Shown: in pieces, positions 14,811 through 28,200 of the stretch
Layout: every line of letters starts with the position of its first letter
How positions within the stretch are numbered: the first letter of the stretch is position 1
Assembly (NCBI GenBank): GCA_051362555.1
Contig: CM120645.1
Location: 16,616,001 to 16,680,000 of the forward strand
Reading direction: 5' to 3'
DNA from: Lingula anatina
Taxonomy: Eukaryota; Animalia; Brachiopoda
Length of the DNA: 64,000 nt
Position numbers and translations under genes: made by a program
The notes under the pieces: generated by a model
Databases searched by the model: none
Told to the model about the DNA's origin: nothing
The model's input: the letters and a program-made list of their open reading frames with translations, nothing else

Positions 14811-17800
14811 GAGGCTTGTTTTATAAAGTACTATAGTCCGAAAAGTTGTCTGAAACTTTTGTCACTTTTGCCACAAGGTAGTTGGCAGTAGTACAATTGC
14901 AATAAAAGATTAATCTAAGATAAAAATACCGTTCCTGTTGCACCGGATAAAGCAGGTGAGAAATGACTCATGTTTCAGAATAACACTTACTTCTTGGGCG
15001 AATGAAACGATTCCTGATTATTTTTAAGAAGACTACTACGGATTTAGACCTAACTCTGGGTTCATTTTGTGCAACCGTGCCTGGTTTAAACTTTTAAGTC
15101 AAAATGTTAGTCTACTTTGATCCAAGGTTTTAACTCAATTAGGTTTAAAATCATCACTAGTCTTTCTGTATAGTCTATGGAATTTGGGATTATTCTGGAT
15201 GACATTGTGCAGGAAATGATTCGCTTCTGCTTGTGTTTGATCTAGTGTACATTTTCGTTTTCGTTTCCGATGTGGTTCCGTTTGTAATAAGAGCTTATGG
15301 TCGTTCCTGGAATCGTTATTGTCAGACTCATAAGCAATGGCCATTGGGCCACAGTACCAGATCTGTGGTTTGGTTTCAAATAACCAGACTGGGAGGATTG
15401 TATCTGTGATTCCTTAATGCCTCGTAGTGTTTGTGGTGCGCGTCCTCATACTCGAAGAGGATTTTCAGAGGTATAAGGAAAAGGTCTTAAGCCAATTTGT
15501 GAATGTTGCAATAAAGACGTCTGGCGTATAAACACTAAAATGTTTGTTTTGGTGATTGTATATTAAATTTCGTAAGCACCATATTATTTTTATTTTTATT
15601 TATTTTAAATCTAATATTTAATCAACAACAGGACACTACAAATTGGTTATGTAAATAAATTCTTTTTGTTCATCTAAAAAGCGTATATAGGCGATACAGT
15701 TGGCCTAACAAATTATCATTTACACTAATTGGATTCAGTTACATGGTACCTTCAATATCGGCTTGATTCAGCTAGTCAAAATTATCATTTTAAGAGGGGA
15801 GCATTAGTGTGATTTTTTTTTCAGAAATCGAAAGGGGGGTCAGAACCCCCTGACCACCCCTCTAAATCCGCCACTGGCCACCCACCATCAGGGGTCTCTG
15901 TAGGTTGTAACAATATTGGATGAAAGTCTGCCCTCTAATTGCGTAACAACCTAAAGGCATCTAAACAAAATGAGTTGACAGTTGCACCAGGTTTTGCCAC
16001 CCCTCCCCCCAAATCTTCAGTTGGACGTATTTTCCATTTCGAGTTTCTGAAGACTTAACACGTAGCCGCGTAGACCAAACGGTAGTGTTAATGATTACAG
16101 GTATAATCTATGGCCTACTGCAAGCGACAGGTCAATTTCTCTAACTCCTCCCTCCTGCCTAATCTGAAACATGTAATGCTTACCTGACAAACGCAGGTGC
16201 CGTTCCCCTGATCTCCGTCATTACACACGCCACGCCCGGAACATGGGGTTTGTGCTCCTCCTGGACATGCTGAAAAACAAAAAGCGCGTTCCTAAAGAGA
16301 CAGTAATTGTAATTTTAAGTGTCTTTATCAAGCCAATTTCGAAAAGTACGTGCGCACGCGTATGAAATGTGTGTGTGAAATTTAGTTTTGACCGAGTGGG
16401 GTACACGGAATGAATTCAAAACAACGCATTTGCCTGCTTTAACTGACCACTGCGTTGCTTTTCAACTTGCTAAGCGAATCACAGTAAAGCAAACTTGAAG
16501 TTAGTCAGGTAAAACGCTGTCCAGTTTATTACTAAATTAATCAAGAATCTGAAAAGGCTGTGGACTGGCTGATGCCACCAATAGCGGAAGTATATGATTA
16601 AATGGCCAATATTTGAAAGCATCATTTTAAATTGGCAATATATTAAAAAGGCCTTTGTTGCAGAATGGGGTCACCGTCAGACACTGATGCAATCTTCCTT
16701 ATCCTTTAGTTTCAAGTTCATTTTACATCTCAAAGGTACGACATTTTTCAAACATGTTTACTTTATCACTCTGGGAAAGAAAATGGCATCTTAGGGTGCT
16801 TTCCCAGAGATTTAGATCGATCTAAAGATTAAGTTTTAGATCGACCTAACTCCCTGGGGGTTCAAGCTAAATTGCAGTCAGCCGAGCGGGCACCATAGTT
16901 AATTACCCCCTTACAGCTTTTAGTAGGCGGGACAGACTCTTAAGCCGGCCAAGCTGACAGTAATCTAGTGAGACTCCCCACAGGGATAGATCGATCTAAA
17001 AATCTATGGAAATGGGGTGTTAGGCAAATGCATTCAGAACGGTTTTCAGCAGCGAAGGAAATGGTACCGTGCTGACCGACCAATGTTCAAAGATTAATCT
17101 ACAGAATGCTCGACGATTCAGTGTCTTACGGAAATGAAAACGTTGTGGAACACAACCTCAACGGCAATGGTTCCGTCAAAAATATTAGTTTTCTTATGTT
17201 TTTCTGCAACAAGGTTGAAAGAACATGCAGATTTGAACAAAAACACTTCCACTGATGTTCTGTTTCCATGTGCATTCTTAGCAATAAAAAGAACAAACCC
17301 TTACGTTGAAAAGTAAATCGACCAGACAGGTTTCTGTACTTTCCTTTACTTAGATCCTATGTAAGAAAATGCTTTAAATGAAAGTAGAAGATCTTGTTCT
17401 TGGCTTCATTAGGAGATGTCATTACTGTCTTTGTTCATTTGATAATAGATTTTCATGAAGACTGTCAATATGTCATCTAAGGTCCTATACTCCCTTATAT
17501 TAATCACAATGATTCGATGTCAGGTGCAAAAAGTCCAAAGCCACAAACAGGCGATGCATTAAAAACACATAATTCATTGTGTATTACATATCCTTCATCT
17601 AATAACTACTAACGATAATGACCAAACGTGAAAATTATCTGCTTTATGTAACAGTGCGCATGCCCAACTGCCACTTCTACTCAAAAAGAAAGGTCAACTA
17701 GCGATCATGAGGAGATGTGTTTACAATTACAGGAGTATAAATATATTTCCATCAGGGAACAAATTCTTTCTAGCTGAGAAGCGCAATGATGTTGGAGTCA

Positions 17801-20800
17801 TCTGCAAGGCCAAAATCGAGCAGCCTTATTTGTATCCTCACACAGGTATTTTGTTGAGTTTCCTCGCTTTCTGTTATAGCACTGCAGACCTTCATAAGCC
17901 ACGTGTTGCTTAATTAGTATTTACTTTTGTTTTTTATCGTTCGTAGGTGCCTGTAATAAATTCTAATATTAGAAATATCCCGCGGTAATGTTTTCTTCCG
18001 ATAAAACAATTTTTCACTGTATCAAGTAATTTGAATTAGATAAAACACATCAACATTTTAGGAATAGAGCTTTTAATTGTCTACCACTTAAAGAACTGTA
18101 GAAGCAATTAATTGGTAAGTTTTATTTGAAATATATATCTTAAACCGTAAATGGGTTTTATAAGTCTGACTGCCATTACTTTCCTAGATCTTAGTCAGTG
18201 TACGATGATATCCTGTAATTTCATGGCCATAGCACGCGTGCGTATGTGCAAGTTGTATTTACAAAAACCGCCGTTTTCAGGTACAAATGAATAAAGATAT
18301 GTTTAGCAAGCACATGTAGTTACATGAATATACATATAGGCTTTTTTTGGGGGGAGGGGGGGTTAGAAATGTAAATTTCGCCTTTTGAGATTTCTCAAGG
18401 TCACCAATCAATATAGCTGTTATAACAACATTACACATTTGCAGGTTTGAAGGGCAGTTCAGTTTTTTTTTTTTTTTTTTTTTTTTTCAGAAAAAAGTGA
18501 GTGAAATTAACTATTTCGTCAATTTTTCCGTCTTCTAGTATACAATACGTCTCTGGAAAAGAGGCTTGAAAAAAAAACAACGCTGCATGTATCTGTGTAA
18601 CAGAACATTCTATGCGCAAATGATTTTTTTTCATTGGATAAAAAGAAACAAAACGTTCTGTTTTTTTGCCAAATTGTGGTGATAAAACATCCTGACCGCT
18701 AGGTGGTATAGCGGCCAGAATTCTCTTATGAATGTCGTCTTTATTATGGGTGGCTGTTGGGATGTCGGAATACTCGGATTCAAGGATCCTGGTTGAATTC
18801 CAGTCAGTACTGATAGAGTTGGTATTGAGTACTGTCACTGATTTCTGTTGTTCAGTAACGCTGGTCTTCAACTGTCTGCCTGTCTCAGCAATATAAAAGA
18901 AATTGCAGTCATGGCCATTGATCTTATATATGGTCCCACAACGCGAGGGTCTTGTCTTTTGGTGTCACCAAGTGTTGTTCTAATGTGCACTGGGGTCTAA
19001 AGGCCGTAAGATACTATGCTTTTCGTAGATCCAGCACACTTTCTCTGAAATAACTTAACAATAAGGGAGAATAGCTAGCCGTCTTTTGCTGACTGTATCT
19101 GTTGGCTCACAGTTGGTCACTACTGCCTTGTCCTGATGCAGTTTTATCTTCAAGGCCCAAGGTGGGTAACCACACAGTGCAATTTTCATCCAGTGTCTTG
19201 TCCTCCAGAGTCCTGTCTTCCTCGTTGGTCACGATCGAGTGTTTTAAAGTTGTTTGGACCCCCAGTTTTTGATGCAGCGGTGGTAAAACTGGAAGTTTAA
19301 GTGTTGGTTACTACCTTTCGGTCAGTGAGTAATAACTGACGTCAGTCTGTTGAGGGCCTACCTTCGGTATGAAATTATTTTCAGCTTGTGTTAAATAATT
19401 ATCATATATGATCCAATTACCAAGTTAATGAACATTTGGTTGTTAGCACCACAAATCACGTTAGATACCACGTTAGATACTTTTGGTAAAATGTGAATAT
19501 GTATGTATGGCCGTTTTCTTTATCAATTGTTCAGCTTTTCACAGACTAACGTAGTTTTTGGATATAGATAGAAGACACGAGAGCAAGAGGTAAATATCAC
19601 ATAGAGTTTTTAAGCATTAAAGTACGTTTTCATTTTTCAGGTTTCATGCCTGATCTTTGTAAGTGTCTTGAAATGCCATACAGAAGCAAGACCTACGATG
19701 AGAAATACAGGACTTTCGAACACGGTTACACAAGCGACATCTGTAACTGTACATTCAGTCAACAAATATCAACCTTTTCGCTACGAAGGAAAGATCAGCA
19801 AATCATTTGTTTCAACTGTCGTCGTGCCGTTAAGTAATCAGGGTGACGTTAAGGCATATCCTATTACAGACATGAAGTCACCTAACGTATCCAATGTGAC
19901 GGGACCTGCTCTTGCAAATAACTTAAGCATGACCTCATACGTATCGCCAAAGATCATATTGCCAAATTCTGCTGTTGGATACCGCAGAAAAAGAGATCTT
20001 ACTGAATCCGAGTACCAAGAAACGACCGGTCCCTTGGCAACTTCTACTGATTTTGGCACAAACAACCACTCAGAAGTGCGGATGGGTACATCTTCGCCAA
20101 TAAACCAGTTGACCACTTCCGCTGAAATATTCATGGACGACACAAATAATACAAAACCTACAGAAAGTGTGGAAAAACAATTTTCGAACGAGGGCGAATG
20201 GAATAATGCAGAGTTTCAGAAGAAAAATGGAAGCTTTAATACAAACAGTACATCTTCAAATAAGCGTCACCATAAAAATCGAAGCGCCATCTTCTTTATT
20301 CGATTTTGTTTAGATATATGGTGTGTGCTTTCGAACTTGGTGAACATCTCAGTGTGGTTGCGTTTAAGGAAAATGCCCGAATCACAGAGATTTGTTTTAT
20401 TTTTCATAGCACTTTCAGTTACCGACGCGTTGGTTGGCGCCTTGAAAACCGCGGTTATGACTGCCAGCCTGGTTGCTCCTTACATACAAAATCATGCTAA
20501 TTTTTCTATAATGACTTTGCATATATACTGTGGCATCTTTGCCGATATGGCATTTTATTATTCATTTTTACTACTAACTATAGTATCGGTGGGACGTTGT
20601 TTTATCCTTAGGTATCCGCTTGTCACGTACAAAATGAGGCACACTGTGCAGAAATTATGTTTTGCTTTATTGCCAGCTCTTATTCTGATAATTGCCATTT
20701 TGGCCATTCCGGAACTCATGGACGCGTCAACTGGGAAATCAATCTACAAAACACACGCAGAAATTACAGCTGTGATTTTTCCGTTAGTGGTTCAATTGAT

Positions 20801-23800
20801 ATCGGGTTCATATCTTTTACGTATGATGATCATTCGTAACTCGGAGGAAAATGCATCCATTGAAGCGCCACAGCACAGTTTGCGCTTCCAAAACCGTGTC
20901 ACTTCAGCGATAACAATGAACACCATTGCAGCCTTCAGTCTAGTTCTCCCTTGGACGGCATATGACTCTCTAGTAAAAGCAAACGTAATCAATCTTGACA
21001 GGCAGGTCTATCATATACTCGGCTGTATTAGAATTTTGAACTGCGGTGTTAATTTCTTCATATATATCACAACTCATGCTACATTTCGAAAAATCTGTCT
21101 AGAACTTTTCCATCCGGGTGTTTTATTTGGTAAGAGCATTGAAACTTCTCAAACCACCTCTAATCAGCAAGGAGAAACAAAGGAGTCGACAAGTATATTC
21201 CAGCGCCTCAAGAGATCTCGCAATGCGGTTGCTCCGGTCACTGAATAGGTGCTTCTGGCATACAGCTGATAAGGAGTTCTAGACAGCAAAAAATAATTGA
21301 ACACACTTTTACGAGGTCATCGGTCAATTCTTCAGTACTAACGTATAATTCATAGAAAAGCCCAGAAATGTTGATAAGACCACATTGACAATTATAAGCA
21401 CTCAATGCGGTTCCACATCCGGGAAATCTCTCATTTTCCAGCACAATTAGTTACGTCCATACTAAAAAAAACATATTTCTTTCCGACGTTAAGTTTAGGT
21501 TGGCTATTTAAAATAATGATGGAAAGATTTATTATTTCTTCACGCCTATGCCTACGAGAGAGATTTGGATATTTATTTACGGACAGTTTATGTACTCTTT
21601 TATTGTAGTCTATATGAAAGTAAGTCTGAACAATTGTCAGTTCGCTATTTAGCGTAAAATCAAGCGAGATTTTGAGAGAATTGAAGGAGAGAGTGAAACA
21701 TTATAGATTAACGGTCGAGTGCTGTGGGGATTAAAGTTGACTCTCGTACGTTTTCTATAGTCTCTTATTTCGTCAGTAGCACGCAAGCCTCATTAAAGCG
21801 TACCCTCTACCAGGGCCACAGATTGATTTTTAACAAGATAGCCACAGATATGTCTTTAGATAAATAGACGGTCATGTTGCTATCTCTGGCTTTTGGAAAA
21901 ATTGCCTATAATATCTGCCACCCTGGTAGACGGTAATAAAGCCTAGCTCGGACGGTTCCATTGCAGAGAACCTTTTAACAATGAAACATCCAGAGTGAAT
22001 TCCCAATCTACTTTTTATTGTAATTCCACAATCAGATCCATCCCACGGGCCTGGATACGGATAATTATCATGAATAAAATTGAACTGCGTGTTAAGAGCT
22101 TCTATATTTGCTGTCAGTACACCACAACAAGTCTTAAATTATAATAAACGTATCTGTTCATCGATAGCAATTTACGATTGAGGTCTGGGAGAACTTCTCC
22201 ATTATCACGTGTTACAATCGTGAGTGAGATGTGAGCAATCGAGGAGAAAGCGGGCGTCTGCTTCCTACATCTAAGGATATCATCTTGTTCTCTCTCCTGG
22301 TCGGGAATGCCAGATACGATAAATGCATTGTACCTTCATTAAAATAATAAGAATTCTGTAGTTACTGCATGCGCTCAAGTGAAAGCTTGAATACAACCGT
22401 AGAGCATGTTCAAGAGATCACAAAAGAAAATGCCGTATGCCACGAAAAACATCTGTTGAAAAGTAAATGACTTACAGTTTTACTGATTGCAGTTAATAAT
22501 TAATACGGAATCAAACGAGAAAAGGGTGTAATTGAGAGTAAGTTAAATTTCTTTAAGAGTCCACAAGTGCAGACATTGTTTTCGTGGTAGGAAAATATAG
22601 TTCGATTTGATTGGTTAATTTCTCAATAGATGTACAAGTTTCTGGCGTGTGCAAAACACATGCAAACTAAGGATGGACATTGCCCAAGCATGACTAATTC
22701 AAATAATATTTTTAATATTTTAAATTGAAAAAAGTCTCTTAGAAATTACCTAATAAGGAAATGGTGCATGGTGGTTTGCAACATGAGAATGAAAAATTCC
22801 TTGTAATCACGCAAAGACAATGGAAAGAAAACAAGTGATTGCATAATCAGTACAGTACATTAAATCAAAAATAGAGTTTTAATACTGGTGTAATTGTATG
22901 CAAAAAAAGACAGTCGGTGAATAAACGTTCGATAGCTCCAGACCGACGTTATTCCTCATCATAATACATCTATTTAATCTGTTTATCTAGAAAAGGACAC
23001 ACTCAATGATTTTAATTAAAACTAGAAAAGCACTCCGAGAGCGCAGACCTCCGCCAAGGCAGCAATTTTCGATTATTTTTTATTATTGATTGATTGTTGA
23101 TCCGGATCACCACCAAAAACTAATCATCTGTTTCTTGGCCCACTTCTGACAGTTCCTGAAAATTTCATCAAAATCGGTCCTTAACTTTTTGAGTTATGTT
23201 GATGACAGACAAACAAACAAACAAACAGGGGTGAAATCATAACCTCCTTGGCGGAGGTAATTATAAAAATACATATTAAAATATAATGACAAGCAGTACT
23301 CGTTTGATCTGGATGACAGTATATATGTACATATGACAATTTGTCAATCTTACAGCTGCATTTTTCTCATTGACTGGAATAATAATGGTTCTGTGTGATA
23401 AAATAGCATTATGAAATGGGATGCAAAATAAGTTTACTAATCAACACAGTTAAGCCCTAATTCAATCGGACTGAGCGATGTCACAGAAAAGCAAAGACCG
23501 ACTAGCTAAGAACATCCGTCTGGAAATTGAAAATGTCAACTAATCTCCCAAGGCAGGCAAACAGAGTTCATTTATTCAGGTTATGTTGCTGACAAAATCA
23601 ACACCGTTTACAGAACCTTTAATCATTTTCCCTTGAAATCAACACATCAGATGCGTGTAAGTACATCCAAAGAAGTGTGTGTGTGTGTGAGGGGGGGAGG
23701 TTTCTTACTACTAATTTCAAACACAGTAGGCTTAAGAGGAGCCCCCATCCCACTCCGTCGCCTATGCTCTTTCTAATATGGTTCCTCTTCCACGCCCAAA

Positions 23801-25190
23801 ATATGTTCCTCACACGCCGGCACAAGAGTCTGAGTAACGGCAATTTTTTTTTTACCCTTATACGTGAAATTGGCATGTTTTCACATACAACGAGAGTGAC
23901 TCAAACATTTGAAACTTAGAAATAAAAAAACGGGGACAAAGATCGTTATATTGTCAACGATTTTAAATATAAAAATATATTTACTATGCCTGCACTGTTA
24001 CAAAGGGAAAATCCGTGGCTTTGCATATTCATTATGTTATTTAGCTGTACATGGCCGCCCACAGAATTAGTTTACAAAAGTTTTAGGTAGTTGTGTACCC
24101 CAATTCTTCACAATTTCACTCTTCAGTGAACTCACATATGTAAGCCACGTCTACCGCATTAAGCACGTATCTTGTTCTTCCTAATAATGTAACCGCTTTT
24201 CTTTCTCTTTTCATCTCTAGTAGGCGCACATTGATCAAGGAAGCAATAAATCCATGAGTGACATGGGAAGTAACATATGATGAGCAATTTGCTAGTTTAA
24301 CTTAGCGTTCTCTTTGTGAAAATGCATCCAAAATGAATACATTTCTTAAGATGTCTGTTCAGAAAATTTGACATTAGTACATGAAACATTTGATGTCATT
24401 TAAGCGCTGCGTGTCGCATCTGGCATTCTTATTTTAATAATAATTTTAAAAAGCCGTTTATATATAACCATTCAAAGAGGAGAGTTATTATACATATATG
24501 TAAAACATATGTCCTTTAAAAATTCCGAGTAATACTCGCCTACTAATAAGTCAAGAAATTCTAAAAGAAATACAAATAGGTCCACTTTAGTCACGACCAC
24601 ATACTGTATAATTTGGAGCGGCATACGCCATAGTGTCTTAATTGACATGTTTTTTGGAGACCTGTTAGAAAGCTGGCTTTTGTATGTAACATAATAACTG
24701 GCCCTACGGTAATTTCTTTCTTTGGAATTCTTTGATATTTCACAAATCCTTGATGAGGGATTCTAATTATTCGACAGCCACCAGTATCTGAAGTGTCAAT
24801 TAGGCTCTGCCTGGGCACTGTAGGTTCTATGGGAGGTATTCATCTTGATCCCCAGGAAAGCAAATCTTAAAAACGACTTCTAAAGATAGGAAAGGTAATT
24901 ACCGTGGGTGTTTGCTTTTAAAAGGATGCTCATCATGTGTCTTTGTTACCTGTACATGTAGGCCTGCTATATAGCTAGACGATCGGATCAATTCATTTTT
25001 TTAAACAAGACAACGTAACTCGCTCGGGAAAAAAACAAACCAGGGATCCGACAATATTTCATCAGTTTTTCGACAGTTGACAGCTCTGCACTTGTTATAC
25101 AACAAAAATTGTTGCCGTTGGTGTTCCTGTCACCTTTTTGGTAGGTATTATTTCACCACCTCTTGTAAATTTAAAATATTTTATCAGCGT

Positions 25191-25277
<87 letters not shown>

Positions 25278-28200
25278 ATATACCTTTACACTGGCACAGT
25301 ACATAAGACATCCGCAGTGTATCACTCATATTTTACACTATTTTAACAGCAATTGCTGCCTGGATTATTTATACTTAGACGTAATTTTTTTTCACAAAGA
25401 CCTGTTCAAACCCTAACTTTCTTCTTTTTCACTTTTTGTGATCTTATGAATGTTTATTCATGTGCGCCAAAATCTGACTAAATTGTATTCTTGATTGTGG
25501 TGAAGAAATTCTTTCTCAGTTGCATTTAAGCGCACTTTCGCCATGGAAGTAGTAACACAAATCATCAGACTTGAAGATAATTAATTGTTGTAACCCAGTG
25601 TGTTGGTATATGCTTATCTATTTGTCGTTTTTTATCTCCAACATTTCCATGCCGTTGCTCTCCAATTTACCCTCGTTAGCCTTAGGCATTCTGACAACCT
25701 CTGGTTATGGTTTTGTTTACAGACAACTCACTTTGGTCTATGTTTTAATTAGAATTTACAGAATTCGGTTATGTGAATACATTTTGTATCTTCACTTTTG
25801 TATTTTTATCCATTCCCGCCTACAGTCTCTCACCTTTTAAACTGTCATAAATATTAGTGCATTTAGATAAATGTTTGTTGTTTTCCCTTTTTATGTACAG
25901 ACACAGATGTGTCTGTACATATAGCCGTCACCTGCGTCTGTCGTCGCCGTCGCCGTCGCCGTAGGCCGTCGCCGTCGTGCACTCAGCGATAACACGATAA
26001 GTGGAATACCGTTTTACATTTTGTATTCAAATTTACAGAACTGATGAATATTTATAATACGCAGGTCAAGTTCGAAAATCAGCATGATCGGGCCATTTTT
26101 AGGGCAGTTATGCTGTTTTTTCACTTTTTTCAGCATTTATGTAGCACCGATAACACGATAAGTGGAAAACCGTTTTATCTTTTGGCTTGAAACTTACATA
26201 ATTGATGAATATTCATAATACGCAGGTCAAGTTCGAAAATCAGCATGATCGGGTCATTTTTAGGGAAGTTATGCTGTTTTTTCAGCATATATGCAGCACC
26301 GATAACACGATAGGTGGAAAAACATATTACTTTTTGGCTTGAAACTTACAAAACTGATGAATATTTATAATACGCAGGTCAAGTTCGAAAATCAGCATGA
26401 TCGGGCCATTTTTATGGAAGTTATGCTTTTTTTTTTTCACTTTTTTAAGCAAATATGCAACCCTGATAACACGATAAGTGAAAAACTGCTTTACTTTTTG
26501 GATTGAAACTTACAGATCTGATGAATATTCATAATATGCAGGTCAAGTTCGAAAATCAGCATGATCGGGCGACTTTTATAGAAGTTATGCTGTTTTTTTC
26601 AATTTTTATTTCAACATATATGCAACACTGATAACACAATATAAGAAAAACAAATGGGCCAATTGTCATTATACTCACAGGAGTGGTCAATTTTACTAAA
26701 ACGCAGGTTGAGTTCGAAAATCAGCATAATCAGGCCATTTTTTTTAGAAGTTATGCTTTTTTTCATATTTCCTCAGATTCAATTCATATGCATGTTAACA
26801 GTCTCATTATTGAACTAATAAGATACGTAAAAATACTTGTTTGACATTTCCTGCATCTTTACAACATTGTTAGTTGATTATGTAAAAATGACGGTAAACT
26901 TGTTATCGTGTATTGTGTGATAAAGTGTCAAAAATGGAAATAAACTCATATCACTGCAGTTTGTCACATTCAACCATCCACTATGTTCAGATTCTCAGAA
27001 TGGAGCAAATTGGACATTTAACACTGTTACATTGACATTTTTTCTATGTCATCAATTTTCTTAGTTGGTCATATAAAAATGGCAGTAAACTGTTTATTTT
27101 GTTTTATGTTAAAAAGTGTTAAAATGGAAATAAACCCATTTTAGAACAGTGCTGTCTTGTTTACATTTTGGCCTGAAGACTTTTGCTAGTCACATTTTCT
27201 GAATATCCATGATACTAATATTTTATTATTAAAAATTGATGGCCATTATGCTGTTAAACATTATGTAATGTTGCATCAAAATTTGAAGAAACCCCTATTT
27301 TGAGCACTGCTCCCATGATAACCATTTAAGGAAAACCATGTAACTTACTGTTCTCAAACTTACAGGAAAGAAACATAGGACTAAAATACAGCTTCAGTAG
27401 GCAATGCAGTCTGTTTGGTAAATTTTTCTGGCAGTTAAACAGTTTTTTGTGAAAATTTAATTTTTCACATATTGGCATTTTCAAGGTGTAACTTGGAACC
27501 TCCACGGGCTTGAAGACCCATGCTAGTCACATTTTCTGAAAATCCATGATACGTATATTTTATTATTAAAAATTGATGGTCATTATGCTGTTAAGCATTA
27601 TGTAATGTTGCATCTAAATAGAAGAAAACATAATTTTGGTGCTGCTGCCATGATGACCATTATATGGGAAAACCGTGTTACTTATGACTGTCAAACTTTC
27701 AAAAAAAGAAACACAGGACTAAAATGCAGCCTGAGTTGGAAAAGGAGTCTAATTGGCTTCTTTTTCTAAAATTATACATTTTAGTGAAATATTCATTATT
27801 TTCGTTTTGGCATATTCATTGTGGGACTCGGAGCTCCCATGGACATGAAGCCGAATGGTAATCAAATTCTCTACATGTCCATGCTATTTATAGTCAATAA
27901 TCAAAAATTGGTGATAATTATTCTATAATTGTTTATGTAATGTTACATCAAAATTGACAAAAATCTTTTTGTACTGCTACTACAAACATTATGAAAAGAA
28001 AACTGTGTTACTTATTATTATTTTTATCTTACAAGTATGATTCTTAGGATTGGCATGCAGTTCAAATTAGAAAGCCAGCTCAATTGGGTTATCATTTATT
28101 ATTGAATTTATGCAATTTTGTGTGAAATTTTCATTTTTCTCATTCCGGCACTTTCTGGCACATAAACTTGAACTCTGATGGGCCTGAAGCCTTATGCTTT

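Noticed and set aside
18431-18871. 146-aa Ser/Thr-rich ORF as a host gene
   Set aside because: Explained as a decayed Penelope endonuclease frame running into a poly-A tract.
19561-19640. GAG|GTAAAT at 19589 as the upstream coding exon of GPCR 1
   Set aside because: In-frame TAG at 19569-19571 with no ATG after it, and the intron would be only 51 nt; at most a non-coding exon.
25077-25416. ORFs with YIYIYI runs (and RERERE at 57200-57403)
   Set aside because: Microsatellite translation artefacts.
25990-26760. Regularly spaced repeats as a CRISPR array
   Set aside because: Whole monomers repeat with no unique spacers; eukaryotic context and no cas genes.
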